From contig OZ220741.1 of NCBI GenBank assembly GCA_965116885.1, positions 1,728,001 through 1,792,000 on the forward strand: a DNA stretch of 64,000 nt, in the 5' to 3' direction. Origin of the DNA: Candidatus Latescibacterota bacterium (GTDB lineage: Bacteria > Latescibacterota > UBA2968). Under the pieces are notes generated by a model. It did not search any database. It had not been told where the DNA came from and saw only the letters and a list, made by a program, of their open reading frames with translations. Below, one piece after another: positions 9,159 to 17,615 of this stretch. The position numbers and the translations under genes are program-made. Position 1 is the first letter of the stretch. Every line of letters starts with the position of its first letter.

Positions 9159-10568
9159 ATGGTTATGAAATATTACAGTGCCATTTTTTGTTTTGCTCTT
9201 ATCGGATCGCTGGTTTTGCCATGTGATGCCGATCAGTTGGTGCTGATGTCGCCGCACTCAGATGAGATCCAAAACGAGTTTGAGTCGGCTTTTGTGGCTT
9301 TTTATAAAGAGACCACAGAGCGAGATGTGCGGGTAGAATGGCTCGATATCGGTGCGGGTACGAGTGCGATTTTGCGTTATATCAAATCGGAATTTGGGCG
9401 GTCGCCAGAAGGCATTGGCATCGATATCTTTTTTGGTGGGGGGACCACGCCTTATGTTGATTTGTCTGAGCGAGGGCTGTGTAGGCCCTATCGGTTGTCC
9501 GATGCCGCACTCAATCGATTACCCGCGCAGATTGGGGGGGTTCCGCTTTACGATTCGGCATATCAATGGTATGGTGCAACGCTGTCTGGTTTTGGTATTG
9601 TGTACAATCGACGCGTGCTTGAAATTTTGAATTTGCCCATCCCCCAAACCTGGGCGGATTTGGGTGCGCCGGAATTGTTCTCGTGGGTTGGTTCGGGCGA
9701 TCCGCGCAAGAGTGGCAGCGTGCATATGGCTTATGAATTAATTTTGCAGGCTTATGGCTGGGAAAGAGGATGGGAAGTGATTACCACAATGGGGGCCAAT
9801 GTGCGAAATTTTGGACAAGGTGGCTCTTATGCCCCCAGGGAAGTTGCTATGGGTGAGGTGGCTTATGGTTTGTCCATCGACTTTTATGCCTGGGCACAAG
9901 TCGCAGAAGTAGGCGATGAATATGTGGGCTTTGTGATGCCCGATAATTTGACCATTGTCAATCCCGATGGTATCGCCATATTAAAGGGTGCGCCAAACCT
10001 GGAGGTGGCACAGGTATTTTTGGCGTTTGTGATGTCCGATGCGGGGCAGAAGCTCTGGTTTTTGAAAAAGGGCGCGCCGGGCGGTCCTGTCGCAAAGCAG
10101 TTGAATCGGTTTACCGTATTGCCCGATCTATACAAGCACTATCAGAGTGATGCTGCGGTGACGTTAAATCCCTTTGAATGGCGTTCCGATTTGATATACG
10201 ATGCTGAGTTGGGCAGTGGGCGATGGCGCGTGTTGAACGATTTGATTGGCGTGATGGTCATTGACTCACATCAGGCATTGCAAGCTGCCTGGAAGGACGC
10301 GATGACAGATGGCGTGTCAGAAGAAGAACGCAAGACGCTGTCATCTGTTCCCATTTCAGAGGCTGAAGCACTGAAGTTGGAGCAGTCATGGGGAGATGCC
10401 GAGATGCGCAATCGGACAATGGCCGATTGGACGGATTTTGCGCGCGACAAATACGGTGCTCACGATGTGTCTTTGTCTGTGCGTATCACCAATGTGATTA
10501 CTCTATTTTTTCCTATGGGTATTGCCTGCTGTGTAGTGGCTTATTTGTGGCGTTTGCGCAGAAATTAA
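9159..10568 (+). CDS. ABC importer solute-binding protein (Fe3+/phosphonate/thiamine-type family) with a C-terminal TM anchor
   Basis: DIFFGGG, DPRKSGS, NPDGIAILKGAPN; signal peptide; hydrophobic helix plus basic tail at the C-terminus. Confidence 0.85.
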   Translation: MVMKYYSAIFCFALIGSLVLPCDADQLVLMSPHSDEIQNEFESAFVAFYKETTERDVRVEWLDIGAGTSAILRYIKSEFGRSPEGIGIDIFFGGGTTPYVDLSERGLCRPYRLSDAALNRLPAQIGGVPLYDSAYQWYGATLSGFGIVYNRRVLEILNLPIPQTWADLGAPELFSWVGSGDPRKSGSVHMAYELILQAYGWERGWEVITTMGANVRNFGQGGSYAPREVAMGEVAYGLSIDFYAWAQVAEVGDEYVGFVMPDNLTIVNPDGIAILKGAPNLEVAQVFLAFVMSDAGQKLWFLKKGAPGGPVAKQLNRFTVLPDLYKHYQSDAAVTLNPFEWRSDLIYDAELGSGRWRVLNDLIGVMVIDSHQALQAAWKDAMTDGVSEEERKTLSSVPISEAEALKLEQSWGDAEMRNRTMADWTDFARDKYGAHDVSLSVRITNVITLFFPMGIACCVVAYLWRLRRN

Positions 10569-10580
10569 AAAGGGTGCGAC

Positions 10581-11672
10581 ATGCTCAGAATCAGGCTGGA
10601 AAATGTGACCAAGCGTTTTGACAATGTTCTGGCATTGGATCGCATCAATCTGGAAATTGACGCGGGGGAGTTCTTTTTTTTATTGGGTCCCTCTGGTTGT
10701 GGAAAAACCACGTTGCTGCGTATTTTGGCGGGTTTTGAGCAGCCCGAGAGTGGTCGGGTGCTTTTTGATGAGCGCGATGTGACTGCTGTGCCTCCGCACG
10801 AACGCAATACGGGCATGGTGTTTCAGAATTATGCCTTGTGGCCTCACATGACGGTTTGGAAAAATGTGGAATACGGCCTTACGATGCGCAATATGCCACA
10901 GCACGAGCGCGACCAAAAAGTGAAGCGCGCTCTGGAAATGGTTCAGATGAGCGGTTATGCCAGGCGGTCGCCCAATCAGCTTTCGGGGGGGCAGCAACAG
11001 CGCGTGGCACTGGCGCGGGCACTGGTTATAGAACCGGATGTTGTGTTGTTGGACGAGCCGCTTTCCAATCTGGATGCGCGATTGCGGTTGGAGATGCGCG
11101 AGCAGTTGCTGGATTTACAGCGGACTCTGGATGTAACGATGATTTATGTGACACACGATCAAAAAGAAGCGCTGGCTATGGGCGAGCGCATTGCGGTTAT
11201 GCAGATGGGTAAGGTGGCGCAAATCGGTACGCCGCGGGATGTTTACAGGCAACCGCTCACGCGCTTTGTCGCGGATTTTATTGGTGAGATCAATTTGATT
11301 TCCGGGGAGATAAAATCTGTGGAATCCGGGGTGGTTGCTGCAACAGATGTGGGAGATATTCTCGGGCAGGCGGGATATGAGGGTATTCAGGTTGGAGATC
11401 GGGTGTTGTGCGCGATTCGACCCGAGGCGATAGGTTTTCTTTTAGATGAATCTGGAGCGGTAGATAATGTCATTTCTGGGCATGTGCGGCGTGCAATTTA
11501 TCTGGGCGAAGTCGAACAATTTTTTGTTGAATTGGCAAGTGGGGATCAGGTCAAACTGATTAAGTACGACGCGACTATGCAGCACGTACAACCCGGCGAT
11601 GAGGTGCGACTGGGGTTTTCGCAAGTGGTCATGTTGCGCGATGAAGCGGAGGACCGCGATGAAGCGGTTTGA
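10581..11672 (+). CDS. ABC importer ATP-binding subunit (PotA/FbpC-like, TOBE domain)
   Basis: GPSGCGKTT, VFQNYALWPHM, LSGGQQQR, LDEPLSNLD. Confidence 0.93.
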   Translation: MLRIRLENVTKRFDNVLALDRINLEIDAGEFFFLLGPSGCGKTTLLRILAGFEQPESGRVLFDERDVTAVPPHERNTGMVFQNYALWPHMTVWKNVEYGLTMRNMPQHERDQKVKRALEMVQMSGYARRSPNQLSGGQQQRVALARALVIEPDVVLLDEPLSNLDARLRLEMREQLLDLQRTLDVTMIYVTHDQKEALAMGERIAVMQMGKVAQIGTPRDVYRQPLTRFVADFIGEINLISGEIKSVESGVVAATDVGDILGQAGYEGIQVGDRVLCAIRPEAIGFLLDESGAVDNVISGHVRRAIYLGEVEQFFVELASGDQVKLIKYDATMQHVQPGDEVRLGFSQVVMLRDEAEDRDEAV

Positions 11673-13344
11673 TCTCAATTGGCCCACGCTCATTTTCCTG
11701 GTGGGGTTGATCGGCTTTTTTGTCTTGTTTTTGTTTTATCCTCTGTGGTATGCCTTTGTGCAGTCGCTGGTGGTGGATGGCAGGTTCACGTTTGCGTTTT
11801 ACGAATTGATGGTGACGAGTCCGGTTTATCAAGAGGCCATTCTCAATAGCTTTCGGCTGGGGATGATTACGACCATTGCGACTACGTTGCTCAGCTTGCC
11901 TCTGGCGTTTTTGCTGGTGCGATACGATTTTGCTGGCAAAGGGTTTCTCAATGGTTTGATTTTGGTGCCGATGGTTTTGCCTCCGTTTGTAGGGGCTATT
12001 GGCATGAAGCAGATGTTTGCGCGTTTTGGCTCCATCAATTTGCTGCTTCTGGATTTGGGGCTTATCGATCAGCCTGTAGATTGGTTTGGTGGCGGTGGTT
12101 TTGTGGGTGTGGTGATTTTAGAGGTGCTGCATCTTTATCCCATTATGTATCTCAATGTGGCCGCTGCGCTTGCCAATGTCGATCCGAGTCTGGAAGAGGC
12201 GGCGCGCAATATGGGCAGCAAGGGGTTTCGCCTTTTTCGCACGGTGACATTTCCACTGATGTTGCCGGGCTATTTTGCCGGGGCGATTATTGTTTTTATC
12301 TGGGCGTTTACCGATTTGGGGACGCCGCTTATTTTTAATTATCGGCAGGTCGTAGCGGTCGAGATTTTTAATTCTATTGAGGATATTAACGAAAATCCGA
12401 TGGCTTACGCGCTCGTTGTCTTTGTGTTGTTGTTGACGGTTTTTTTCTTTTATCTGTCAAAGGCTACGATGGGCAATCGCCGCTATGAGATGATTGCGCG
12501 GGGGTATATCAGTTCGGGATCGCGCCCCGCTTCTCGCGGGATGACTGTGTTGATTTACGCCGCGATGTTGTCGCTTACGGGCATTGCTCTAATTCCGCAT
12601 ATGAGTGTGTTTTTGACGTCTATTGCCGAGCGCTGGTTTATGGCTGTGCTGCCCCAGGAGACGACCGGGCGATTTTATACGATGGTTTTTGAACATCCGA
12701 TGTCTCTGTCCAGTATTGAGATGAGTTTGATACTGAGTGTATTGAGTACGACGCTGGATATTGTTCTGGGTATTGCCATTGCCTATTTGTTGACGCGCAC
12801 CCGCATCCCGTATAAGGGCGTTTTAGATGCGATGGCGATGTTGCCCTTAGCTCTGCCCGGTCTGGTGCTGGCTTTTGGGTATCTGGCGGGGTATTCGGGT
12901 ACTTTTTTGGATGCGCGGCACTATCCCGTGCCACTGCTGGTCATTGCCTATGCGGTGCGGCGGTTGCCCTATATGGTGCGCGCGGCGTATGCGGGATTTC
13001 AGCAGACGAGTGTGACGCTGGAGGAGGCGGCTCAAAATTTGGGGGCTTCCCGGTTGCGCACGCTTTTTCAAATTACATTTCCGCTGATTTTAGCCAATCT
13101 GGTGGCTGGTGGTATTTTGTGTTTTGCGTTTGCAATGCTCGAGGTGAGCGATAGTTTGATTTTGGCGCTCAAGGACGAATACTATCCCATCACAAAAGCG
13201 ATTTACGCGCTTATGGGGCGCATTGCAGATGGCGCGTATCTGGCCAGTGCGATGGGTGTTTTTGGTATGGTGTTGCTGATTGTGAGTTTGTTTTTGGCCG
13301 GGCGATTTTTGGGTAGGCGCATGGGCGAGTTGTTCCGCGCCTGA
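11659..13344 (+). CDS. ABC importer permease (FbpB-like, two EAA loops)
   Basis: LEEAARNMG and LEEAAQNLG motifs; GGAGG RBS before ATG 11659. Confidence 0.9.
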   Translation: MKRFDLNWPTLIFLVGLIGFFVLFLFYPLWYAFVQSLVVDGRFTFAFYELMVTSPVYQEAILNSFRLGMITTIATTLLSLPLAFLLVRYDFAGKGFLNGLILVPMVLPPFVGAIGMKQMFARFGSINLLLLDLGLIDQPVDWFGGGGFVGVVILEVLHLYPIMYLNVAAALANVDPSLEEAARNMGSKGFRLFRTVTFPLMLPGYFAGAIIVFIWAFTDLGTPLIFNYRQVVAVEIFNSIEDINENPMAYALVVFVLLLTVFFFYLSKATMGNRRYEMIARGYISSGSRPASRGMTVLIYAAMLSLTGIALIPHMSVFLTSIAERWFMAVLPQETTGRFYTMVFEHPMSLSSIEMSLILSVLSTTLDIVLGIAIAYLLTRTRIPYKGVLDAMAMLPLALPGLVLAFGYLAGYSGTFLDARHYPVPLLVIAYAVRRLPYMVRAAYAGFQQTSVTLEEAAQNLGASRLRTLFQITFPLILANLVAGGILCFAFAMLEVSDSLILALKDEYYPITKAIYALMGRIADGAYLASAMGVFGMVLLIVSLFLAGRFLGRRMGELFRA

Positions 13345-13365
13345 TTATGAAATGCAAAGGGACTT

Positions 13366-16300
13366 GTGATGGACTTGCGGAGATGGATAATTATTTTTGC
13401 AGGGGGTGTGATAGGCATGGTCAATGCGGCGATGGCACAGAATACACCATGGCGCTATGATTTTGAGGCGTTGTCCGGGTCCTATCGGGCAGATGCAGGC
13501 AGTCAGGTTTCGCTTTCGACGAGGCGTTACAAGGGAGGAGCACAATCTCTGAAGTGGGCATGGCAGAATAATGGGCGGATTGTGTTCACGGATCCCGCGC
13601 CGGGACGTAGCGAGGTACTGATCGGATTTCGGGCGTGGGTGTACAACGAGGAAGCGCTCGATGAGGTGCTGACGTTTGGGTTTGGCACGGAATCTGAGTT
13701 GTCGGCAAATAATCCGCGTTACCAGTTTGAGTTTGGCTTGAATTTTACGGGCTGGCGGGCGATGTGGATCCATTTGCGAGAGGATGCGCGGAATAATTCT
13801 TATACGGGTCCGAGAAATGGGCGTGTGACGGCGTTTGAAATCAGGGCACCGAATAGCGGAGCTGTTTATCTGGATTTGATCGAGTTGGTGGAAAGGATTG
13901 ACTCCAGACGATCTCCAGATGCACAGGTTCCATTTGTGAATGGAGGTGCAAATACAAGTGGCGATAAAACCCGCGAATATCGATGGAGTCTGAATAGATT
14001 GCCGGGTCCGCTTCCTTCGCAGATTACCGATGATGAGAGACGGGCTTTTGAGACGATTGCCCGACGATATGAGGCATGGGTTCTGGGCGATGGGGTGAAG
14101 AATGATCAGCGGGAGCCTGTGAGGATTCGGCTCAATGAACTTACAGCCTATATAAGGCGTGGGCATAGCAATCTGGCGAATTACGAGATTCGGCGGGAAA
14201 ATGACCTCATTCTGGGTAAACCTCTGTTTGCGGCTCGGTCATCCTACAGGCCCTATTTTCAGAGTGTTTTTCAAAATGTCTTGTTGCGTCTGGTGCTGGA
14301 TTATCGGTTGAATGGCAATGAGGAGGCCAGAGACCGGGTGATAGATGTGTTCGATTATTTGCACGATCAAGGATGGGCAGAAGGCAGTGGTGTTGGCGCG
14401 TTGCATCACGAGTTTTTGCGGATTGCGAGCTATGCCCATGCGGTGTATTTGATGCGGGATATTTTGGAGGATACGGAACGGCTGGAACGGGAATTGGCGA
14501 GTTTGAAATGGTATAGCATGTTTGGCGAGTTGTATGAACAGACCTGGGATCCGGGCACGAATGCAGATTTTTTGCGTTCGGTGGCGATGTATCGTTTGTT
14601 GTGTATTTTGATGATGGACGATTCGCCCGAGAAGGTGGCGAATATGCGCCGCTATGTTGTATGGCTGAATAATGCGCTGGATATTGCACCCGGGTGGCTG
14701 GATACGATTAAGCCGGATTACACGGGTTTTCACCATCGGGGTATTTACGCCAATGCGTATGCGCCAAATGCTTTTCACGTGGCTTCTGTGCTGGTGTATT
14801 TGTTGCACGATACGCCTTTTGCAGTTGGGGATGAGAAGCGCGATAATTTGAAGCAGGCGCTGTTGACGTCCAGGATTATGGCGAATACGTATGATATTTC
14901 AACGGCCATTAACGGGCGTTTTCCGCTTAATACAACAGTCACCGATGGTCTTTTGCCGGCGTATATGTATGTGGCTTTGAGTTATCCTTCGGTGGATGCG
15001 GAATTATCGGGCGCGTTTATGCAGCTTTGGAAACCGGATTCGCAGTTGCTGATAGAAGGTTTGTTCGAACAGGTAGCTTCGCGGATTATGTATTTGCACA
15101 CGCCGGGTGCGATGCAGATGATGGCGGATTTTGCAAGTGCGGGGTACGCACCTGTTGCTGAGCCTTCTGGGCACTGGACGTTGCCTTATGGTGCGTTGTC
15201 CATTCATAGGCGTGCGGACTGGATGGTGAGTATGAAGGGGTGGAGCAAGTACGTGTGGGATTACGAGTCGTCAGTCGGTGGTGAAAATCCGCTCGGTCGT
15301 TATTTGAGCTATGGTTCGATGCTGATTTACGCCAGCGGTAATCCGGTTGGCCGGGAGGCGAGTGGGATTGTGCGAGATGGGTGGGATTGGAGTATGTGGC
15401 CGGGTACGACGGTGATTCGCCTGAGTCATGAGCAGCTCAAACACGAGGGGCGGGATCGCAATTTTTCGGATGAGACTTTCGTGGGTGGGGTGAATATAGA
15501 AGGGCAGAATGGTGTGTTTGCACTGAAGTTGCACGATACGAGGTTCAATACGAGTTTTCGAGCGGTTAAGACGGTGTTCTGTTTTGATGATGTACTTGTT
15601 TGCCTGGGGTCGGGTATTGAGAACGATGATGGTGGTCATACGACGGTGACGCCGTTGTTTCAGGCGGCTATTTCTGAGGATCGTTCTACGGGGGTGAATG
15701 GGGAGCGTGTGCATGCGATTCCCTATACGTTTTCGGGGATAGAGAGACAGAGGGCATGGCTAATGGATTCACGGGGCAATGGGTATGTGATCCCCGATGG
15801 TGAGGGTCTGCAGGTGCAGCGTAGGGTGCAAACTCCTGGAGACTTTGGCAACGAGGGTGGTACAGGGGCTTTTGAACTGGCGTATCTGGATCACGGTAGC
15901 GCGCCTCAGGGTGCGTCATATCACTATGCCGTGCTGGTGCAGAGGTCGCCTGATAGGGTGCGTGTGTTTGCCAATGCACCGGAATACGATGTGTGGCAAC
16001 GAGATGGTCAGGCACATATTGTGCGTCATAGGGGGATGAAGATGACGGGTTACGCGCTGTTCGATAAGGATGCAAGGCCAACAGGCGGTCCAGTTGAGTC
16101 TGTGTCTTTGCCGAGTTTGGTAATGTCCCGAGAAGTGGATGATGGGTTATTGCTTTCAGTGGCTGATCCGGATTTTGGGTGGCGTTGGGAGATTCAGACG
16201 CCGCATCGCCAGGATGGTTCGCTAATTGTCAATCAGCCGAGTGAGCCTCGGAAGGTAGAGGTGATAGTGCGCGGCAAATGGCGTTTGGATCAATCCTATG

Positions 16301-16638
16301 ATCTGGTAGAGATTGTAGAGGAGAGCGAGGATCAGACGGTTGTGGCGTTTATCTGTCAGGACGGCAAAAGCGTGGAGGTGAAACTGGTCAGGCCAGGTAT
16401 TGGTGTTGCAAATCTGGATTTTGATGGAGACGGTGCGGTTGGGTTCACGGATTTTTTGCTCTTTTCCAGCAAATTTGGTCTGTCGGAGGGGGATGCGGGT
16501 TTTGAAGCACAATACGATCTGGATGGTAATGGTATGGTGGGGTTCAGCGATTTTCTGATTTTTGTACAGGGATTTGGCAAACCAGTGAGTGGAAAACCCG
16601 TTGCTCTCCGGAATGGAGGAGAAAGATTGGGGTCGTGA
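13366..16638 (+). CDS. Chondroitinase ABC-like polysaccharide lyase (PL8) with a C-terminal dockerin/EF-hand-like tag
   Basis: LNFTGWRA, DQGWAEGS, IKPDYTGFHHRGIY..AY, GRYLSYGS, GWDWSMWPGTT, AYLDHG motifs; C-terminal DFDGDGAVGFTDF..YDLDGNGMVGFSDF. Confidence 0.88.
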   Translation: MMDLRRWIIIFAGGVIGMVNAAMAQNTPWRYDFEALSGSYRADAGSQVSLSTRRYKGGAQSLKWAWQNNGRIVFTDPAPGRSEVLIGFRAWVYNEEALDEVLTFGFGTESELSANNPRYQFEFGLNFTGWRAMWIHLREDARNNSYTGPRNGRVTAFEIRAPNSGAVYLDLIELVERIDSRRSPDAQVPFVNGGANTSGDKTREYRWSLNRLPGPLPSQITDDERRAFETIARRYEAWVLGDGVKNDQREPVRIRLNELTAYIRRGHSNLANYEIRRENDLILGKPLFAARSSYRPYFQSVFQNVLLRLVLDYRLNGNEEARDRVIDVFDYLHDQGWAEGSGVGALHHEFLRIASYAHAVYLMRDILEDTERLERELASLKWYSMFGELYEQTWDPGTNADFLRSVAMYRLLCILMMDDSPEKVANMRRYVVWLNNALDIAPGWLDTIKPDYTGFHHRGIYANAYAPNAFHVASVLVYLLHDTPFAVGDEKRDNLKQALLTSRIMANTYDISTAINGRFPLNTTVTDGLLPAYMYVALSYPSVDAELSGAFMQLWKPDSQLLIEGLFEQVASRIMYLHTPGAMQMMADFASAGYAPVAEPSGHWTLPYGALSIHRRADWMVSMKGWSKYVWDYESSVGGENPLGRYLSYGSMLIYASGNPVGREASGIVRDGWDWSMWPGTTVIRLSHEQLKHEGRDRNFSDETFVGGVNIEGQNGVFALKLHDTRFNTSFRAVKTVFCFDDVLVCLGSGIENDDGGHTTVTPLFQAAISEDRSTGVNGERVHAIPYTFSGIERQRAWLMDSRGNGYVIPDGEGLQVQRRVQTPGDFGNEGGTGAFELAYLDHGSAPQGASYHYAVLVQRSPDRVRVFANAPEYDVWQRDGQAHIVRHRGMKMTGYALFDKDARPTGGPVESVSLPSLVMSREVDDGLLLSVADPDFGWRWEIQTPHRQDGSLIVNQPSEPRKVEVIVRGKWRLDQSYDLVEIVEESEDQTVVAFICQDGKSVEVKLVRPGIGVANLDFDGDGAVGFTDFLLFSSKFGLSEGDAGFEAQYDLDGNGMVGFSDFLIFVQGFGKPVSGKPVALRNGGERLGS

Positions 16639-16656
16639 TAGTTTGAAGTCACCAAT

Positions 16657-16691
16657 AAAAAAAGCCGCCACACAATGTGGCGGCTTTTTTT
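16657..16691. terminator. Bidirectional intrinsic terminator
   Basis: A-run GCCGCCACA-caa-TGTGGCGGC T-run between convergent genes. Confidence 0.85.
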
Positions 16692-16968
16692 ATTCCTTAG
16701 AATGCGACTTGTCCCAAATGGGTTTTACTTTTTCGATAACTTCGGCATCGGTCGGACTGGATGCGACGATGTTTGTAAATTCTTCAGCTTCAACCCCAAG
16801 TTCCTCCAGGAACTTTCGGTCAGCTGGTCACGGATAGACGTAGTCACCGATGCAGCCTCGCAACTTGGCGCGGGCTTTATCTGTAATGCGCGGGAGCCAG
16901 GGCATGTCGCCCATGTAAAGCTGACGGCTGCGCGGTCTAAAATCAACAGCGGAACTGAGTTTGTCCAT
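16690..16968 (-). CDS. DUF5069-like small protein, predicted selenoprotein (in-frame UGA at codon 47)
   Basis: Manual translation: MDKLSSAVDFRPRSRQLYMGDMPWLPRITDKARAKLRGCIGDYVYP(UGA)PADRKFLEELGVEAEEFTNIVASSPTDAEVIEKVKPIWDKSHSKE*; AAGGAGGG RBS; SECIS-like hairpin follows the UGA. Confidence 0.8.
16785..16827 (-). promoter_or_regulatory. Bacterial SECIS-like hairpin
   Basis: mRNA after the UGA: C-CAGCU-GACC-GA-AAGUUCC-UGGA-GGAACUU-GG-GGUU-GA-AGCUG; apical loop with G at position 2, 19 nt after the UGA. Confidence 0.7.
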
Positions 16969-17031
16969 TTTTCATATCCCTCCTTGTGTTGTGATAGTTA
17001 AAACATAGTGATTTTGGCGATGGATAGCAAG

Positions 17032-17604
17032 TTAGAAAGTGAGGGTGTATGTGCTCAATGTTGTGTCGCCGTATTTTTTTTGTCGGGAGAGGGTGAGCTT
17101 GGAAAAGGATTCTGGTAGCGGTGTGCGAGAGGTGTGTTGGACGAGAACGCGGGCGTTGGGAGCGAGTATCGGAATTGTTGCGAGGCGGGTGAGTATCGCG
17201 CAGGACATGGGGTGTCCGCCTAATTGTTGTTGGTAGGGAGGATCGAGGTATATGATGTCAAATATGGAACGGGACCGCACGAGTTGGGGCAAGAGTTTTT
17301 GCGCGGGACGCGCGTAAAGATAGATGCGATCGTTGAGATGCCAATTGTCTATTAGCTGTGCGATGAAGCGGTTGCAGCGGCGGTCGGGTTCGTTGATGAC
17401 CACCTGCGCACCGCGGCTACAGGCTTCGAGGCCGATTTGACCCGAGCAGGAGAAGAGGTCGAGGAAATAACTGCCGCAGAGGATTTCGCCGAGGGAAGAG
17501 AATACGGCTTTTTTGACAAAGTCGGATGTGACGCGGGCATTGCCGTACTTTTTGTTGTTAAAGGGGATGCGGCGGCCCTTAAATTCCCCAGCGATGATGC
17601 GCAT
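17032..17604 (-). CDS. rsmD: 16S rRNA m2G966 methyltransferase (RsmD family)
   Basis: MRIIAGEFKGR, LDLFSCSGQIGLEACSRGA, IYLDPPY, KKYGDT. Confidence 0.85.
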   Translation of the reverse strand: MRIIAGEFKGRRIPFNNKKYGNARVTSDFVKKAVFSSLGEILCGSYFLDLFSCSGQIGLEACSRGAQVVINEPDRRCNRFIAQLIDNWHLNDRIYLYARPAQKLLPQLVRSRSIFDIIYLDPPYQQQLGGHPMSCAILTRLATIPILAPNARVLVQHTSRTPLPESFSKLTLSRQKKYGDTTLSTYTLTF

Positions 17605-17615
17605 AAGAGCGTGTT

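Noticed and set aside
11637..11668. 13-nt duplication CGCGATGAAGCGG at the ATPase/permease overlap
   Set aside because: Tiny local duplication around the RBS/start; no mobile-element hallmarks
16589..17001. ORF-track calls 16589..16837(+), 16675..17001(+) and 16725..16946(-)
   Set aside because: Shadow ORFs. The minus-strand UGA read-through gene has the RBS, the family pattern and the terminator
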